Assembly: GCF_000195975.1 (NCBI RefSeq)
Contig: NC_005070.1
Span: 1,380,001-1,412,000, forward strand
Length of the DNA stretch: 32,000 nucleotides
Source of the DNA: Parasynechococcus marenigrum WH 8102
GTDB taxonomy: Bacteria; Cyanobacteriota; Cyanobacteriia; PCC-6307; Cyanobiaceae
Direction of reading: 5' to 3'
In this document: positions 17,386 to 25,538 of the stretch, piece by piece
Position numbering within the stretch: position 1 is the first letter of the stretch
How the letters are laid out: every line of letters starts with the position of its first letter
The notes under the pieces: model-generated
Databases searched by the model: none
What the model saw: the letters and a program-made list of their open reading frames with translations, nothing else
What the model was told of the DNA's origin: nothing
Position numbers and translations under genes: made by a program

Positions 17386-18228
17386 TCAACGCATGGAGTT
17401 GTGCAGGGCGGTGCGGAGCCAGGAGGCCATCTGTGTGTTGAGACTGGCGACATCAGCCACCGGTTCAGCACTGAAGGGCTGCAGTGGCATGTAGCCATCA
17501 GGGCCGAATTCAGGCGTGATCGTGGCCGGCGCCTTCTCCTGATCAAACGATTCCAGAAAGAATTGCCAACAAGAGCGATGAGCCTCCAATGCTTCGGTCC
17601 ACTCCGGCGCAAAGGGATGGCTGACTGAGGGGCCCTGGGCATGACCGACCCGTGCATGGATGTGGTCGACCCGCCCTGCCATGGCCTGCACCGGTAGGAG
17701 ATCAGGCGTCATCAACCGCTCGGCAACACAACACCAATGGCTCAGGTCTGCCGTGAGCCGCATCCGTGGATGTCGCTCCAGCCACACCGGCATCTGCCAG
17801 GGGTTAGCCAGGCTCCGGCTGCGATGGGTCTCCAGCATCACGGCGCATGGCACGGTGTCGATGCGGTCGAGAACAGCCTTGAAAAAACGATGCTGGACGT
17901 CCTCAGACCAGCTGTCACTGCCAATGATCAGATTGATCTTGAGCGGTTCCATGGCCAGCGCACGACTCAGCAACGCCTCAAGTTGTTCGAGATGCTGTTC
18001 GGGACCATGGGCCAGATCTGGGGTGTAGCCGCCCCCAGTCGTGATCTCGAGGATCAGCGCTTGCCTTCTCTTGCCGAGGAGCTGCCGAACATCCGTTGCA
18101 TCAATCCGCTCCAGACACGAATGAACCACATTGCATTCGAGACCATCAAATCCGTGAGTTGATGCACGGCTGGAAGCTGACTCGAAAGAACCATTCCAGC
18201 CCCAGAGAGATTGCAGCAACAACACCAC
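17386..18228 (-). CDS. Sugar-phosphate isomerase/epimerase-like (xylose-isomerase-like TIM barrel) protein
   Basis: Length and pattern are typical of AP-endonuclease-2/xylose-isomerase-like TIM barrels. The start is placed at GTG 18228, 1 nt after the upstream micro-ORF stop; the ATG of the track ORF at 18312 would overlap that ORF. Confidence 0.55.
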   Translation of the reverse strand: MVLLLQSLWGWNGSFESASSRASTHGFDGLECNVVHSCLERIDATDVRQLLGKRRQALILEITTGGGYTPDLAHGPEQHLEQLEALLSRALAMEPLKINLIIGSDSWSEDVQHRFFKAVLDRIDTVPCAVMLETHRSRSLANPWQMPVWLERHPRMRLTADLSHWCCVAERLMTPDLLPVQAMAGRVDHIHARVGHAQGPSVSHPFAPEWTEALEAHRSCWQFFLESFDQEKAPATITPEFGPDGYMPLQPFSAEPVADVASLNTQMASWLRTALHNSMR

Positions 18229-18229
18229 G

Positions 18230-18358
18230 TCAGTGCTCGTCGGTGAACATGTGCGGCTGTATACCGAGGTAAATGGCCTCGCGGAACAGGACTCGTTTCG
18301 CCTTGGCATCACCTCGCTGGTGAGCCTCGCGGAACCGTCTCTGAAGGGAGGAGATCAT
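18230..18358 (-). CDS. Possible 42-aa basic microprotein
   Basis: MISSLQRRFREAHQRGDAKAKRVLFREAIYLGIQPHMFTDEH. Abuts the TIM-barrel gene start. Confidence 0.35.
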   Translation of the reverse strand: MISSLQRRFREAHQRGDAKAKRVLFREAIYLGIQPHMFTDEH

Positions 18359-18449
18359 CGTCTTCCGTCTGGCATCAGAGCGGTCTGTGCTGTCCAAGGT
18401 GGGGGCACCGTCTACCGCAATTATGCGGATTAAACAGGCGCACAGGGGA

Positions 18450-18560
18450 TCAAGGCTCCTGCTGCTTCTCCTTCCAACGTTCGAATAACACCGCAACCGC
18501 CAGGGAGATGGCGACGGCGATGCCGGCACCAATGAACACCACTCCGAATTCCACCGGCAT
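18450..18560 (-). CDS. Possible 36-aa single-pass membrane microprotein
   Basis: Hand-translated MPVEFGVVFIGAGIAVAISLAVAVLFERWKEKQQEP. Confidence 0.3.
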   Translation of the reverse strand: MPVEFGVVFIGAGIAVAISLAVAVLFERWKEKQQEP

Positions 18561-18599
18561 CAGCCCACTGCCATCACCACCCCATCATTGTTGAAGGGG

Positions 18600-19307
18600 T
18601 TAATTCACCAGCTGCTGGTAGGCCTCATTCACCCGACGAAACGCCTCGGCTGATCCGCCCATGTCTGGGTGGTGAAGCTTCACCAATCGGCGATGGGCTC
18701 GCTTGATCGCCTCGGCCGTCGCCCCCGGCTCCAGACCGAGCACAGCCAGAGCATCAGCCCGGAAATCGCCGCTGGGGCGACGAGGGCCACGCAAGCGCTG
18801 GTGTAACTCCGCCACCACGCGGCGGGGATCTTCATCCAGCCATTCACTGGCCCTGACTCCATAGAGAGCAAAGGCCGCCAGCACCGCCGTGTCCTGGAGG
18901 GTTGCCGGGTTTGCGACCGCCGCAAGCAGATCGCTGCCGAGACCATCCACCAGCCGGTTCAACCGCTGCTGCAGGTTGAGATTCGCAGGGAACCCCCGCC
19001 GGTTGAGCCGCTCGATCAACGCCTCCAGGCCTGCCTGATCGAACTCGCTCCAACCGGGTTGCTTGGCCAGTTCATCCCCCCAACGCTGCACCTGCACCCG
19101 TCGGATCAGGTTCATCGTTGGTTCAGGCCGAGGGCGCTGCTGACGACGCAGTCGTTCCAGCTCCCGTTGCATGCGCTGGAGCTCTCGCCGCAGGGCATCG
19201 TTCTCCGCCAGCAACGCCTCGACGTTGCTGGTCACCCGCTCATCACAATTGCTCGTCGAGGCCCCTGACGGTGGTGAGCCGGTCCATTGACGCGGATCAA
19301 AACCCAC
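18600..19307 (-). CDS. J-domain (DnaJ-like) protein with N-terminal coiled coil
   Basis: C-terminal J domain ...AIKRAHRRLVKLHHPDMGG... with an HPD motif. Confidence 0.75.
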   Translation of the reverse strand: MGFDPRQWTGSPPSGASTSNCDERVTSNVEALLAENDALRRELQRMQRELERLRRQQRPRPEPTMNLIRRVQVQRWGDELAKQPGWSEFDQAGLEALIERLNRRGFPANLNLQQRLNRLVDGLGSDLLAAVANPATLQDTAVLAAFALYGVRASEWLDEDPRRVVAELHQRLRGPRRPSGDFRADALAVLGLEPGATAEAIKRAHRRLVKLHHPDMGGSAEAFRRVNEAYQQLVN

Positions 19308-19325
19308 TGCAGCCCCCAGGTCGAC

Positions 19326-19991
19326 TCACCATGGCAACACCTGACCATTGGCATGCCAGAAGCTGCCGCTGGTCTCCAGGGTCAGCGCATCAATGCGGGC
19401 CAGCAGACCCTGCACGGCGTCCGAGGGATCAACTCCACTTGGGTTGAAGCGAATCATGCCGGTGCGCACCAGTCCCGGATGCAGGATCGCCACGGCGATC
19501 CCCCGGGGCTTCAAATCGATCGCCAATGATTTGCCGGCAATGTTCAGGGCCACCTTCGACATCCGATAGCCGTAGGAGCCCCCCGAGCTGTTGTCGTCAA
19601 TCGACCCCATGCGACTGGTCATCAGCGCCAGCTTGCTGCCCTGTGGCATCTGCGGAACCAGGGCCCGTGCCAACAGCAAGGGAGCTAAGGCATTCACCTC
19701 GAACTGGCGGCGAATGGCCTCCGCATCAAGATCCTCCAGCCCCATCGAGTGAAGGATGCCGGCGTTGAGAATCACGCCATCGAGCGGGCAACCGTCAAGA
19801 CGCCGCACCAGCTCATCGATGGATGACTGCTCACTCAGCTCGATGCCGGCCTCGAGCTGCACCCCCAGCGACTCCAGCTCAGGGCTGATCTGTCGGCACA
19901 CGGCAATCACTGCATCCCCACGGGCCTGGAGCTGCTGGCAGTAGGCCAGTCCGATGCCTCGGTTGGCGCCTGTCACCAGATAAGTCTCCAT
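19326..19991 (-). CDS. Short-chain dehydrogenase/reductase (SDR)
   Basis: TGANRGIG cofactor motif and catalytic YRMSK (YxxxK). Start taken at METYLVTGA. Confidence 0.85.
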   Translation of the reverse strand: METYLVTGANRGIGLAYCQQLQARGDAVIAVCRQISPELESLGVQLEAGIELSEQSSIDELVRRLDGCPLDGVILNAGILHSMGLEDLDAEAIRRQFEVNALAPLLLARALVPQMPQGSKLALMTSRMGSIDDNSSGGSYGYRMSKVALNIAGKSLAIDLKPRGIAVAILHPGLVRTGMIRFNPSGVDPSDAVQGLLARIDALTLETSGSFWHANGQVLPW

Positions 19992-20272
19992 CAGTTCCTC
20001 GCCGTTGCCGCCCATCCTGAGGCCAAAGCGTCGTTCGGCCTGAACGATTCAGGGTGTCTAGCCTGAAGTTGGAATTCGAATCGAGGCCCAGGCGAGACAT
20101 CTCATCGGCCACATCGCAGAGCTCGAATCGCGGTTAGCTCACCCGCAGCACTGGACCGAAGGCGAAAACACCAACAACACTGAAAAGCTGAGGCAACTGC
20201 GTTTCGAGTTGCGTCGCCGTCAGTCGCTGGGTGAGCAGGATCCACTGGAAGAGGACGTCTCTCCATCCACAC

Positions 20273-20512
20273 TCAGTAATAACGACCGGGATATTCCCCA
20301 GGGTGATCAACCCGCGTGACGCGGATACCGGCCTCGTGCTGACCATCCAGCAACAGCAGATCACTGCCGGACACGGCGTAACCAAGCTCCTGGGCCAGCA
20401 TGGCCACCTCATCAGCGGTGATGGCCGCTTGCACCTTCACCTGAAGAAGCGGATCCCGGCTTAGGTGCAGCAGAAACTGTTGCACCGCAGTCGATGGCAT
20501 GGCGGCAGCCAA
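20273..20512 (-). CDS. Nif11-domain protein (Nif11-like leader-type peptide)
   Basis: AVQQFLLHLSRDPLLQVKVQAAITADEVAMLAQELGYAVSGSDL matches the Nif11 leader pattern (L..FL...D..L......EV...A.E.G(F/Y).(F/V)S..DL). The C-terminal tail is GIRVTRVDHPGEYPGRYY. Confidence 0.65.
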   Translation of the reverse strand: MAAAMPSTAVQQFLLHLSRDPLLQVKVQAAITADEVAMLAQELGYAVSGSDLLLLDGQHEAGIRVTRVDHPGEYPGRYY

Positions 20513-20545
20513 GAGGAGATCAACTGTCCCATGGAACTGAACAAG

Positions 20546-20746
20546 TCAGCGGCAGGGGCGGGGCTTCAAAAGTCGGGGGGCAGAGCGACGACGGGAACGA
20601 CGCTGGGGGCCATACAACGCTGGCCATGCGTCCGACCATTGCCCGCATTGGAGACAGATGGAGCGTCGCGGAACTGGTGAATCCTTGGAATGCCCCAGGT
20701 TCAGCTGATGGCAGTTCCGACAGATCACAACGAACTCAGGCATCAC
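20546..20746 (-). CDS. Small zinc-ribbon protein with Arg-rich tail
   Basis: CRNC...CLQC pair in a 66-aa track ORF. Confidence 0.4.
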   Translation of the reverse strand: MMPEFVVICRNCHQLNLGHSKDSPVPRRSICLQCGQWSDAWPALYGPQRRSRRRSAPRLLKPRPCR

Positions 20747-20853
20747 CGTTCCCCCGGAACTTATTTATTTCAACAGAGTGATTTCAATCTGCAAATCAGC
20801 CCCGGACGGACACCCCCCTGACGCCGTAGATCACTAACAGCCACACTCCATCG

Positions 20854-21018
20854 ATGGACAGCATCAGCCGCATCTGCGCCACCTCAAAAGGATCTACCAT
20901 CGATGCCATCGGCCACGGTCGTTATCGGGTCTGCAATCGCAACGCCATCTGCTCCGAGGTGGAAGGTCTCTGGCAGGCCTACGAAACACTGCGGCAGCAG
21001 GAACAGCAGTTGACCTGA
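20854..21018 (+). CDS. Hypothetical microprotein (54 aa)
   Basis: Hand-found MDSISRICATSKGSTIDAIGHGRYRVCNRNAICSEVEGLWQAYETLRQQEQQLT with strong GC3 bias. The antisense track ORF 20884-21201 is rejected. Confidence 0.4.
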   Translation: MDSISRICATSKGSTIDAIGHGRYRVCNRNAICSEVEGLWQAYETLRQQEQQLT

Positions 21019-21120
21019 GTGAAAAAGGACATCGTGCTGTGAAGCGATCCCGAAGAGATCTGCACGGATCGTGATCAAATCCGCCACGGCCACGAGCGTG
21101 GAGCTTCCGGCACGAATGCC

Positions 21121-21327
21121 ATGTTCATCATCGAGGGTCTCACCGACAACGGCTGGAGTTTTGAAGCACGCCACGACAGTCGCGACAATGCGTTCTGGCA
21201 TGCGCGTGCCAAAAGTGATGCCACAGGCCGCACCTTTCGCCTGATCAGCCAGGACCAGCAGATGGTCTGCCTGTTGACATCAAAAGGCTCCGATTGCTGG
21301 GGAATGGAGTCGGACTTGGTCGCCTGA
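21121..21327 (+). CDS. Hypothetical small protein (68 aa), paralogue of 24618-24800
   Basis: Good GC3 bias. Shares AF..AR.KS.AT.RT.R and an M.(I/C)IE....G.W N-terminus with the 24618-24800 ORF. Confidence 0.55.
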   Translation: MFIIEGLTDNGWSFEARHDSRDNAFWHARAKSDATGRTFRLISQDQQMVCLLTSKGSDCWGMESDLVA

Positions 21328-21423
21328 GCCGATCAACTTCGGATAAGTAACAACACCTACAGCCTGAACCAGTCCACTCGGTAACACTATGAACACCCCG
21401 GTGAGGGGTATGCGTCGATTGAC

Positions 21424-21452
21424 GGGAGGGCCTGGGAAACCCTCCTTTTTTG
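21424..21452 (+). terminator. Rho-independent terminator-like hairpin
   Basis: GGAGGG (21425-21430) pairs with CCCTCC (21440-21445), followed by TTTTTT. Confidence 0.6.
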
Positions 21453-21501
21453 TGCCTGAAATCAGCGCTATGGATTAAACGCAACCAGGCGCCTCGGCCC
21501 G

Positions 21502-22983
21502 ATGATCGACCTCCCCCCCATCTGCGGCCGTGAATCTGAGCTGATGCAACTGATGCAGCAGCAGCAGCCACCGATCTGGAGGCACCACAGCAATCTCGAT
21601 CTCAGCCGCATCCGCTCCGGCTTCGCCTGCGCGCTGCACATGCATCAACCCACGGTGCCTGCCGGAGCGAACGATGCCCTGATCTCCCATCTGCAATACA
21701 TGGTTGAGCATCCGGGAGAAGGCGATAACCACAACGCCGAACCGTTTGCTCAGTGCTACCGCCGCATGGCGGATCTGATCCCGGATCTGATCAGCAGAGG
21801 CTGCAACCCGCGAATCATGCTCGATTACTCGGGCAACCTGCTCTGGGGTGTCGGGCAGATGGGCCGTGAGGACATCACCGGAGCCCTGCGATACCTCGCC
21901 TGTGATTCAGAGATGCAGCGGCATGTGGAGTGGCTTGGCACGTTCTGGAGCCATGCCGTTGCTCCCTCCACACCGATTCCTGATCTGAAGCTGCAGATCA
22001 TGGCCTGGCAACACCAGTTCGCAACGATGTTCGGTGATGCCGCGTTGCAACGCGTCAGGGGATTTTCTCCACCGGAGATGCATCTCCCCAACCATCCGGA
22101 CACGCTGTTTCAGTTCATCCTTGCCCTGAAGCAATGCGGCTACCGCTGGCTGCTAGTGCAGGAGCACAGCGTTGAAACCCTGGACGGAACACCGCTGGCA
22201 CAGGAGCAGAAACACCTCCCAAACCGCCTGATGGCCCGCAACAGTTCCGGGGAAACCATCAGCATCACGGCGCTGATCAAGACCCAGGGGTCGGACACCA
22301 AACTCGTCGGCCAGATGCAACCCTGCTACGAAGCGATGGGGTTGCAACCCACGACGTTGGCGGGGCGAGAAATACCACCGCTGGTCAGCCAGATCGCCGA
22401 TGGTGAAAACGGTGGCGTGATGATGAACGAGTTTCCAGCTGCCTACTGCCAGGCCAACGAACGGATCCGGGACGACAGCAATGGAACCGTGGCCATCAAC
22501 GGCACGGAATACCTCGAGCTGCTTGAAGCCGAGGGTATCTCCGACGACGAATGTCCTGCCATTCAGGCGGTTCAGCAACAGCGGCTGTGGAATGCCGTCG
22601 GCGCAACCCTCAACCGCCAGACCGTGGAGGAGGCGATCGATCGGCTGGCAACAGCCGGTGATGGTTTCTCGATGGAAGGAGCCTCATGGACCAGCAACCT
22701 CAGCTGGGTGGCTGGGTACGAGAACGTGCTGGAGCCGATGAACGAGCTGAGTGCGCGCTTCCATCAGCGATTCGACGCCGCGGTGAACAGCGAGCCCAGC
22801 CTGACGGGCACATCCAGCTATCGGGACGCTCTCCTGCACCTCCTGCTGCTGGAGACCAGCTGCTTTCGCTACTGGGGACAGGGCACCTGGACCGACTACG
22901 CCAGAACGCTGTATCGACGCGGGGACGCTTTGTTGCAGCAGATGCCAATCAATGGCCCGGACACAGCAGACGCCCTTGGATGA
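21502..22983 (+). CDS. Glycoside hydrolase family 57-like protein
   Basis: N-terminal ALHMHQP block typical of GH57. 493 aa. Confidence 0.65.
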   Translation: MIDLPPICGRESELMQLMQQQQPPIWRHHSNLDLSRIRSGFACALHMHQPTVPAGANDALISHLQYMVEHPGEGDNHNAEPFAQCYRRMADLIPDLISRGCNPRIMLDYSGNLLWGVGQMGREDITGALRYLACDSEMQRHVEWLGTFWSHAVAPSTPIPDLKLQIMAWQHQFATMFGDAALQRVRGFSPPEMHLPNHPDTLFQFILALKQCGYRWLLVQEHSVETLDGTPLAQEQKHLPNRLMARNSSGETISITALIKTQGSDTKLVGQMQPCYEAMGLQPTTLAGREIPPLVSQIADGENGGVMMNEFPAAYCQANERIRDDSNGTVAINGTEYLELLEAEGISDDECPAIQAVQQQRLWNAVGATLNRQTVEEAIDRLATAGDGFSMEGASWTSNLSWVAGYENVLEPMNELSARFHQRFDAAVNSEPSLTGTSSYRDALLHLLLLETSCFRYWGQGTWTDYARTLYRRGDALLQQMPINGPDTADALG

Positions 22984-23004
22984 GACGCCCAAAACCACTC
23001 ACCC

Positions 23005-23178
23005 ATGGCCTACGAACCGGGCACAGCCGAATGCCGTGTGCTGATCCGCAGCAAGGAACAGATCGAAACCATGCTGTTGGAGCTCAGCAAACTGGACGGC
23101 ACGGATGTGCTGCTGCAGCAACTCCGGCAGGTGCACAACCAACTCGAAGCTCTGCACGATCTGAGAAGAGCCTCCTGA
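23005..23178 (+). CDS. Hypothetical helical microprotein (57 aa)
   Basis: Hand-found MAYEPGTAECRVLIRSKEQIETMLLELSKLDGTDVLLQQLRQVHNQLEALHDLRRAS with good GC3 bias. The antisense track ORF is rejected. Confidence 0.4.
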   Translation: MAYEPGTAECRVLIRSKEQIETMLLELSKLDGTDVLLQQLRQVHNQLEALHDLRRAS

Positions 23179-23245
23179 CCAATCCTGAGAAGGAACGTTC
23201 ACATCCCGTTACAAGCGTGTAGATTGCTGCAAAAGAGATCGACCC

Positions 23246-23368
23246 ATGGGCGACTACTCGACCGCAATCGTCGCCACCATCGTGGTGACTGCCGTCCTGA
23301 CGGGTGCCGTTGTGTTCGCCTTGATGCAGCCTTCTGATCTACCGGTCAGCAAGCGCGAGAAGGAGTGA
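23246..23368 (+). CDS. Possible 40-aa single-pass membrane microprotein
   Basis: MGDYSTAIVATIVVTAVLTGAVVFALMQPSDLPVSKREKE. Confidence 0.3.
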   Translation: MGDYSTAIVATIVVTAVLTGAVVFALMQPSDLPVSKREKE

Positions 23369-23372
23369 TTCG

Positions 23373-23471
23373 ATGGAATTGATCAGTGAATTGATGATTG
23401 CTGCCGCGGACATCACCGTTGCGTTGATTGTGGCCATCTCTCTACCAAACGGAAAAGCAACGGAGATCTGA
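23373..23471 (+). CDS. Possible 32-aa membrane microprotein
   Basis: MELISELMIAAADITVALIVAISLPNGKATEI. Starts 4 nt after the previous stop. Confidence 0.25.
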   Translation: MELISELMIAAADITVALIVAISLPNGKATEI

Positions 23472-23554
23472 CTGGTCAGATCATTCGGTGTGATTGATAC
23501 CGTTTCAGACGATTGGAATCGGTAGCTTTCACTCGATTCCTTCGAATCGGGAGC

Positions 23555-23737
23555 ATGTCAAACGAACAGGGCGGAGCATGTATGCACATGGATCTCCATG
23601 CACTGCGTTTGTTGCACCGGATTGTTTCTGAGGCTCACGCGAACTGGCCTGGAGGGTGCCCAGAAGAACAACAGTGCCTGCAAACCATGAAAATACAGCT
23701 GTACGCCGCATTGATGGATCACTTACTCGAGCAGTGA
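23555..23737 (+). CDS. Hypothetical small protein (60 aa)
   Basis: MSNEQGGACMHMDLHALRLLHRIV... The track ORF is trimmed to the internal ATG. Confidence 0.35.
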   Translation: MSNEQGGACMHMDLHALRLLHRIVSEAHANWPGGCPEEQQCLQTMKIQLYAALMDHLLEQ

Positions 23738-24086
23738 ACGCGACCGTTCAGCGTGTTTGCTCAGAGCTGACTGCTCCAGATCCTTCAGCAAGAGAGTCAA
23801 TCCCACTCCCATCAAGGCCAGAGCAGTTCCCTTGTCCTTGTCTGCAGTCAATGACACCGACCGAGCCAGTTCCAGATGCTGAGACCAAGAAAAGTGCATC
23901 GGACATCTGAACCAGATGTTGACATTCAAGAAGATCACCCTGCCATCAACGGGAGAGTGATGCCATCAGGCAACGCTCTGTAATGAAACAAATGTCACTT
24001 CACGGACACACATCACCTGCGATGTTCGTTTTGTTACTCCATTGAGGATTGAGGCCAATACATTCCCTTCAATCGCCTGAGTTTTG

Positions 24087-24260
24087 ATGGAGCCCATTGC
24101 CCTCACCCTCGGTCAAAAGTTTGAGCTGGAGAAAAGAACACGCGACATCAGTGCCATCACGGATGTTCAGCAGTTGCAGGCTCTGACCAAAGACCTCCTG
24201 CTGGCCTGGCAACAGGAAATTGCCCGATCCAGAGCCGCGGTGGAGGATGCCCTCGGCTGA
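24087..24260 (+). CDS. NblA-like (phycobilisome degradation protein-like) microprotein, 57 aa
   Basis: MEPIALTLGQKFELEKRTRDIS...LQALTKDLLLAW follows the NblA pattern (L.L.Q.FEL.K....IS....L..L). Size is typical for NblA. Confidence 0.45.
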   Translation: MEPIALTLGQKFELEKRTRDISAITDVQQLQALTKDLLLAWQQEIARSRAAVEDALG

Positions 24261-24274
24261 GACCGGGTCGTCAC

Positions 24275-24448
24275 TCAGCGCCGCTGGCCGGTGCTCCAGC
24301 GGCGTTCCAGCGATGCTCGAAAGGCTTTCGTATCTCCTGTCATGCCCCCGGGACGTTGGCGCCAGCCACGGGTGATCCGCCAGAACTTCCACAGGGACCC
24401 GATGGCCACGACACCCCAGGCCAGCAGAAACCATGACGGACTAGGCAT
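24275..24448 (-). CDS. Single-pass membrane microprotein (57 aa), paralogue of 30466-30642
   Basis: MPSPSWFLLAWGVVAIGSLWKFWRITRGWRQRPGGMTGDTKAFRASLERRWSTGQRR. Shares LW...R..R.R.G and FR..LER at identical spacing with the 30466-30642 ORF. Confidence 0.4.
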   Translation of the reverse strand: MPSPSWFLLAWGVVAIGSLWKFWRITRGWRQRPGGMTGDTKAFRASLERRWSTGQRR

Positions 24449-24513
24449 TCAAGGGTGTCTCACTCGGCCCATGCTATTGAAATCAACTGAGGTGCTGATC
24501 ACATTGAATCGTC

Positions 24514-24627
24514 ATGGATCCTGAGGTTCGCCAGTTCGTGATCGCTCAGCTGTTGGTGATCGTGGTCCCTGTGGGTTTGTTATTCGCGCTCTGGGTCTCC
24601 CTGTTGAACAAGAACGTTCAACGTTGA
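24514..24627 (+). CDS. Possible 37-aa membrane microprotein
   Basis: MDPEVRQFVIAQLLVIVVPVGLLFALWVSLLNKNVQR. Confidence 0.3.
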   Translation: MDPEVRQFVIAQLLVIVVPVGLLFALWVSLLNKNVQR

Positions 24628-24800
24628 GTGCGCCCGTCGACGACGGCCACAACATGATTCCAGCTTGGATTCACGATCCTGTAGGTGCGCAGGGTGGCCA
24701 TGGATTTGGTGCGGGCATTCACAAAAGCCTTGAACTCTGTTTTGAAGCACATCTCCTTGATCCACTCCCCTTCAGCGTCCTGACGTTCAATGCAATACAT
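24618..24800 (-). CDS. Hypothetical small protein (60 aa), paralogue of 21121-21327
   Basis: MYCIERQDAEGEWIKEM...AFVNARTKSMATLRTYRIVN. 11 of 20 residues are identical to AFWHARAKSDATGRTFRLIS of the other copy (hand alignment). Confidence 0.55.
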   Translation of the reverse strand: MYCIERQDAEGEWIKEMCFKTEFKAFVNARTKSMATLRTYRIVNPSWNHVVAVVDGRTQR

Positions 24801-24875
24801 GGCAAGTCAATAACACTGTCATGCAAGGTCACCTGAATCATCAGCACACGAAATCAGCAGACGCTCTTTGGGATC

Positions 24876-25316
24876 ATGCTGAAATCTCCTTACTCCATCA
24901 GCTCCTCAACATCGATGACTCTGCTTGTGACGCTGTTGGCCCCCGTGCTGATGCTGTTTCACCTGGTTGGACCGGTGCCATCCGATCTCGGTGTGCATGA
25001 CGGCGCGTTGAGCCCCTGCACCACGCCGGCCCACTGCGCGCGCCAGACCTGGCCCAGCCGCTCACCAGAACCGGACTTCAGCGCCCTGATGGCCTACGTG
25101 ACGGACATGCCTCGCACCGAAGTGGTCGAGCGGACCGATCGCTACATCCACGCCGAAGCCAGCAGTGCCCTGTTCGGTTTTGTGGACGACCTCGAACTGC
25201 TCCTGGATGTGAACAACAGCAGCATCCAGGCACGCTCGGTGTCACGTCTCGGCGATTCCGACCTGGGAGTCAATGCCAACCGCCTGGGCGAACTGAAGGC
25301 ACTGGTGAGCAACTGA
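24876..25316 (+). CDS. DUF1499-family protein
   Basis: N-terminal TM/signal segment. SALFGFVDDLELLL and RSVSRLGDSDLGVNANRL match the DUF1499 pattern. Confidence 0.75.
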   Translation: MLKSPYSISSSTSMTLLVTLLAPVLMLFHLVGPVPSDLGVHDGALSPCTTPAHCARQTWPSRSPEPDFSALMAYVTDMPRTEVVERTDRYIHAEASSALFGFVDDLELLLDVNNSSIQARSVSRLGDSDLGVNANRLGELKALVSN

Positions 25317-25322
25317 CCCCAC

Positions 25323-25487
25323 TCACACCTTGGCCTTGCGCAGATTGCCCAGGTCGTGGGCCAACTCCCGCAAGCCGGTCACGAACCCGATGCTGGCAAC
25401 GCTCACGATCCCCACAATGATCACGGTCTCCAACAGAGCGTGGGGATCGTTGAGCAGGGCGGTCCAGGCGCTGGTGAGTGCTGTCAT
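25323..25487 (-). CDS. Possible 54-aa membrane microprotein
   Basis: [54 protein letters not shown]. The longer track ORF would overlap the DUF2130 start. Confidence 0.35.
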   Translation of the reverse strand: MTALTSAWTALLNDPHALLETVIIVGIVSVASIGFVTGLRELAHDLGNLRKAKV

Positions 25488-25538
25488 CTCGTCAGAATCT
25501 GCGTTCTCCTGTTGGTAGCAACACCTTCGTCTGAGGCC

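Noticed and set aside
20062-20320. Open frames on both strands downstream of the Nif11 gene: + strand ...HLIGHIAELESRLAHPQHWTEGENTNNTEKLRQLRFELRRR..., and - strand ...ITECGWRDVLFQWILLTQRLTATQLETQLPQLFSVVGVFAFGPVLRVS
   Set aside because: Both read like protein. Neither has an ATG or GTG start with an RBS; there are only internal TTG options or overlap with the Nif11 ORF. I cannot decide the strand, and it may be a decayed gene. It is left unannotated.
20884-21201. 105-aa minus-strand track ORF
   Set aside because: It lies antisense to two + strand ORFs that have much better GC3 periodicity, and one of those has a paralogue elsewhere in the window.
23723-23938. 71-aa minus-strand ORF, and the overlapping + ORF 23656-23910
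   Set aside because: Both have weak codon bias and overlap the 23555-23737 ORF. There are no motifs, so neither strand can be preferred.
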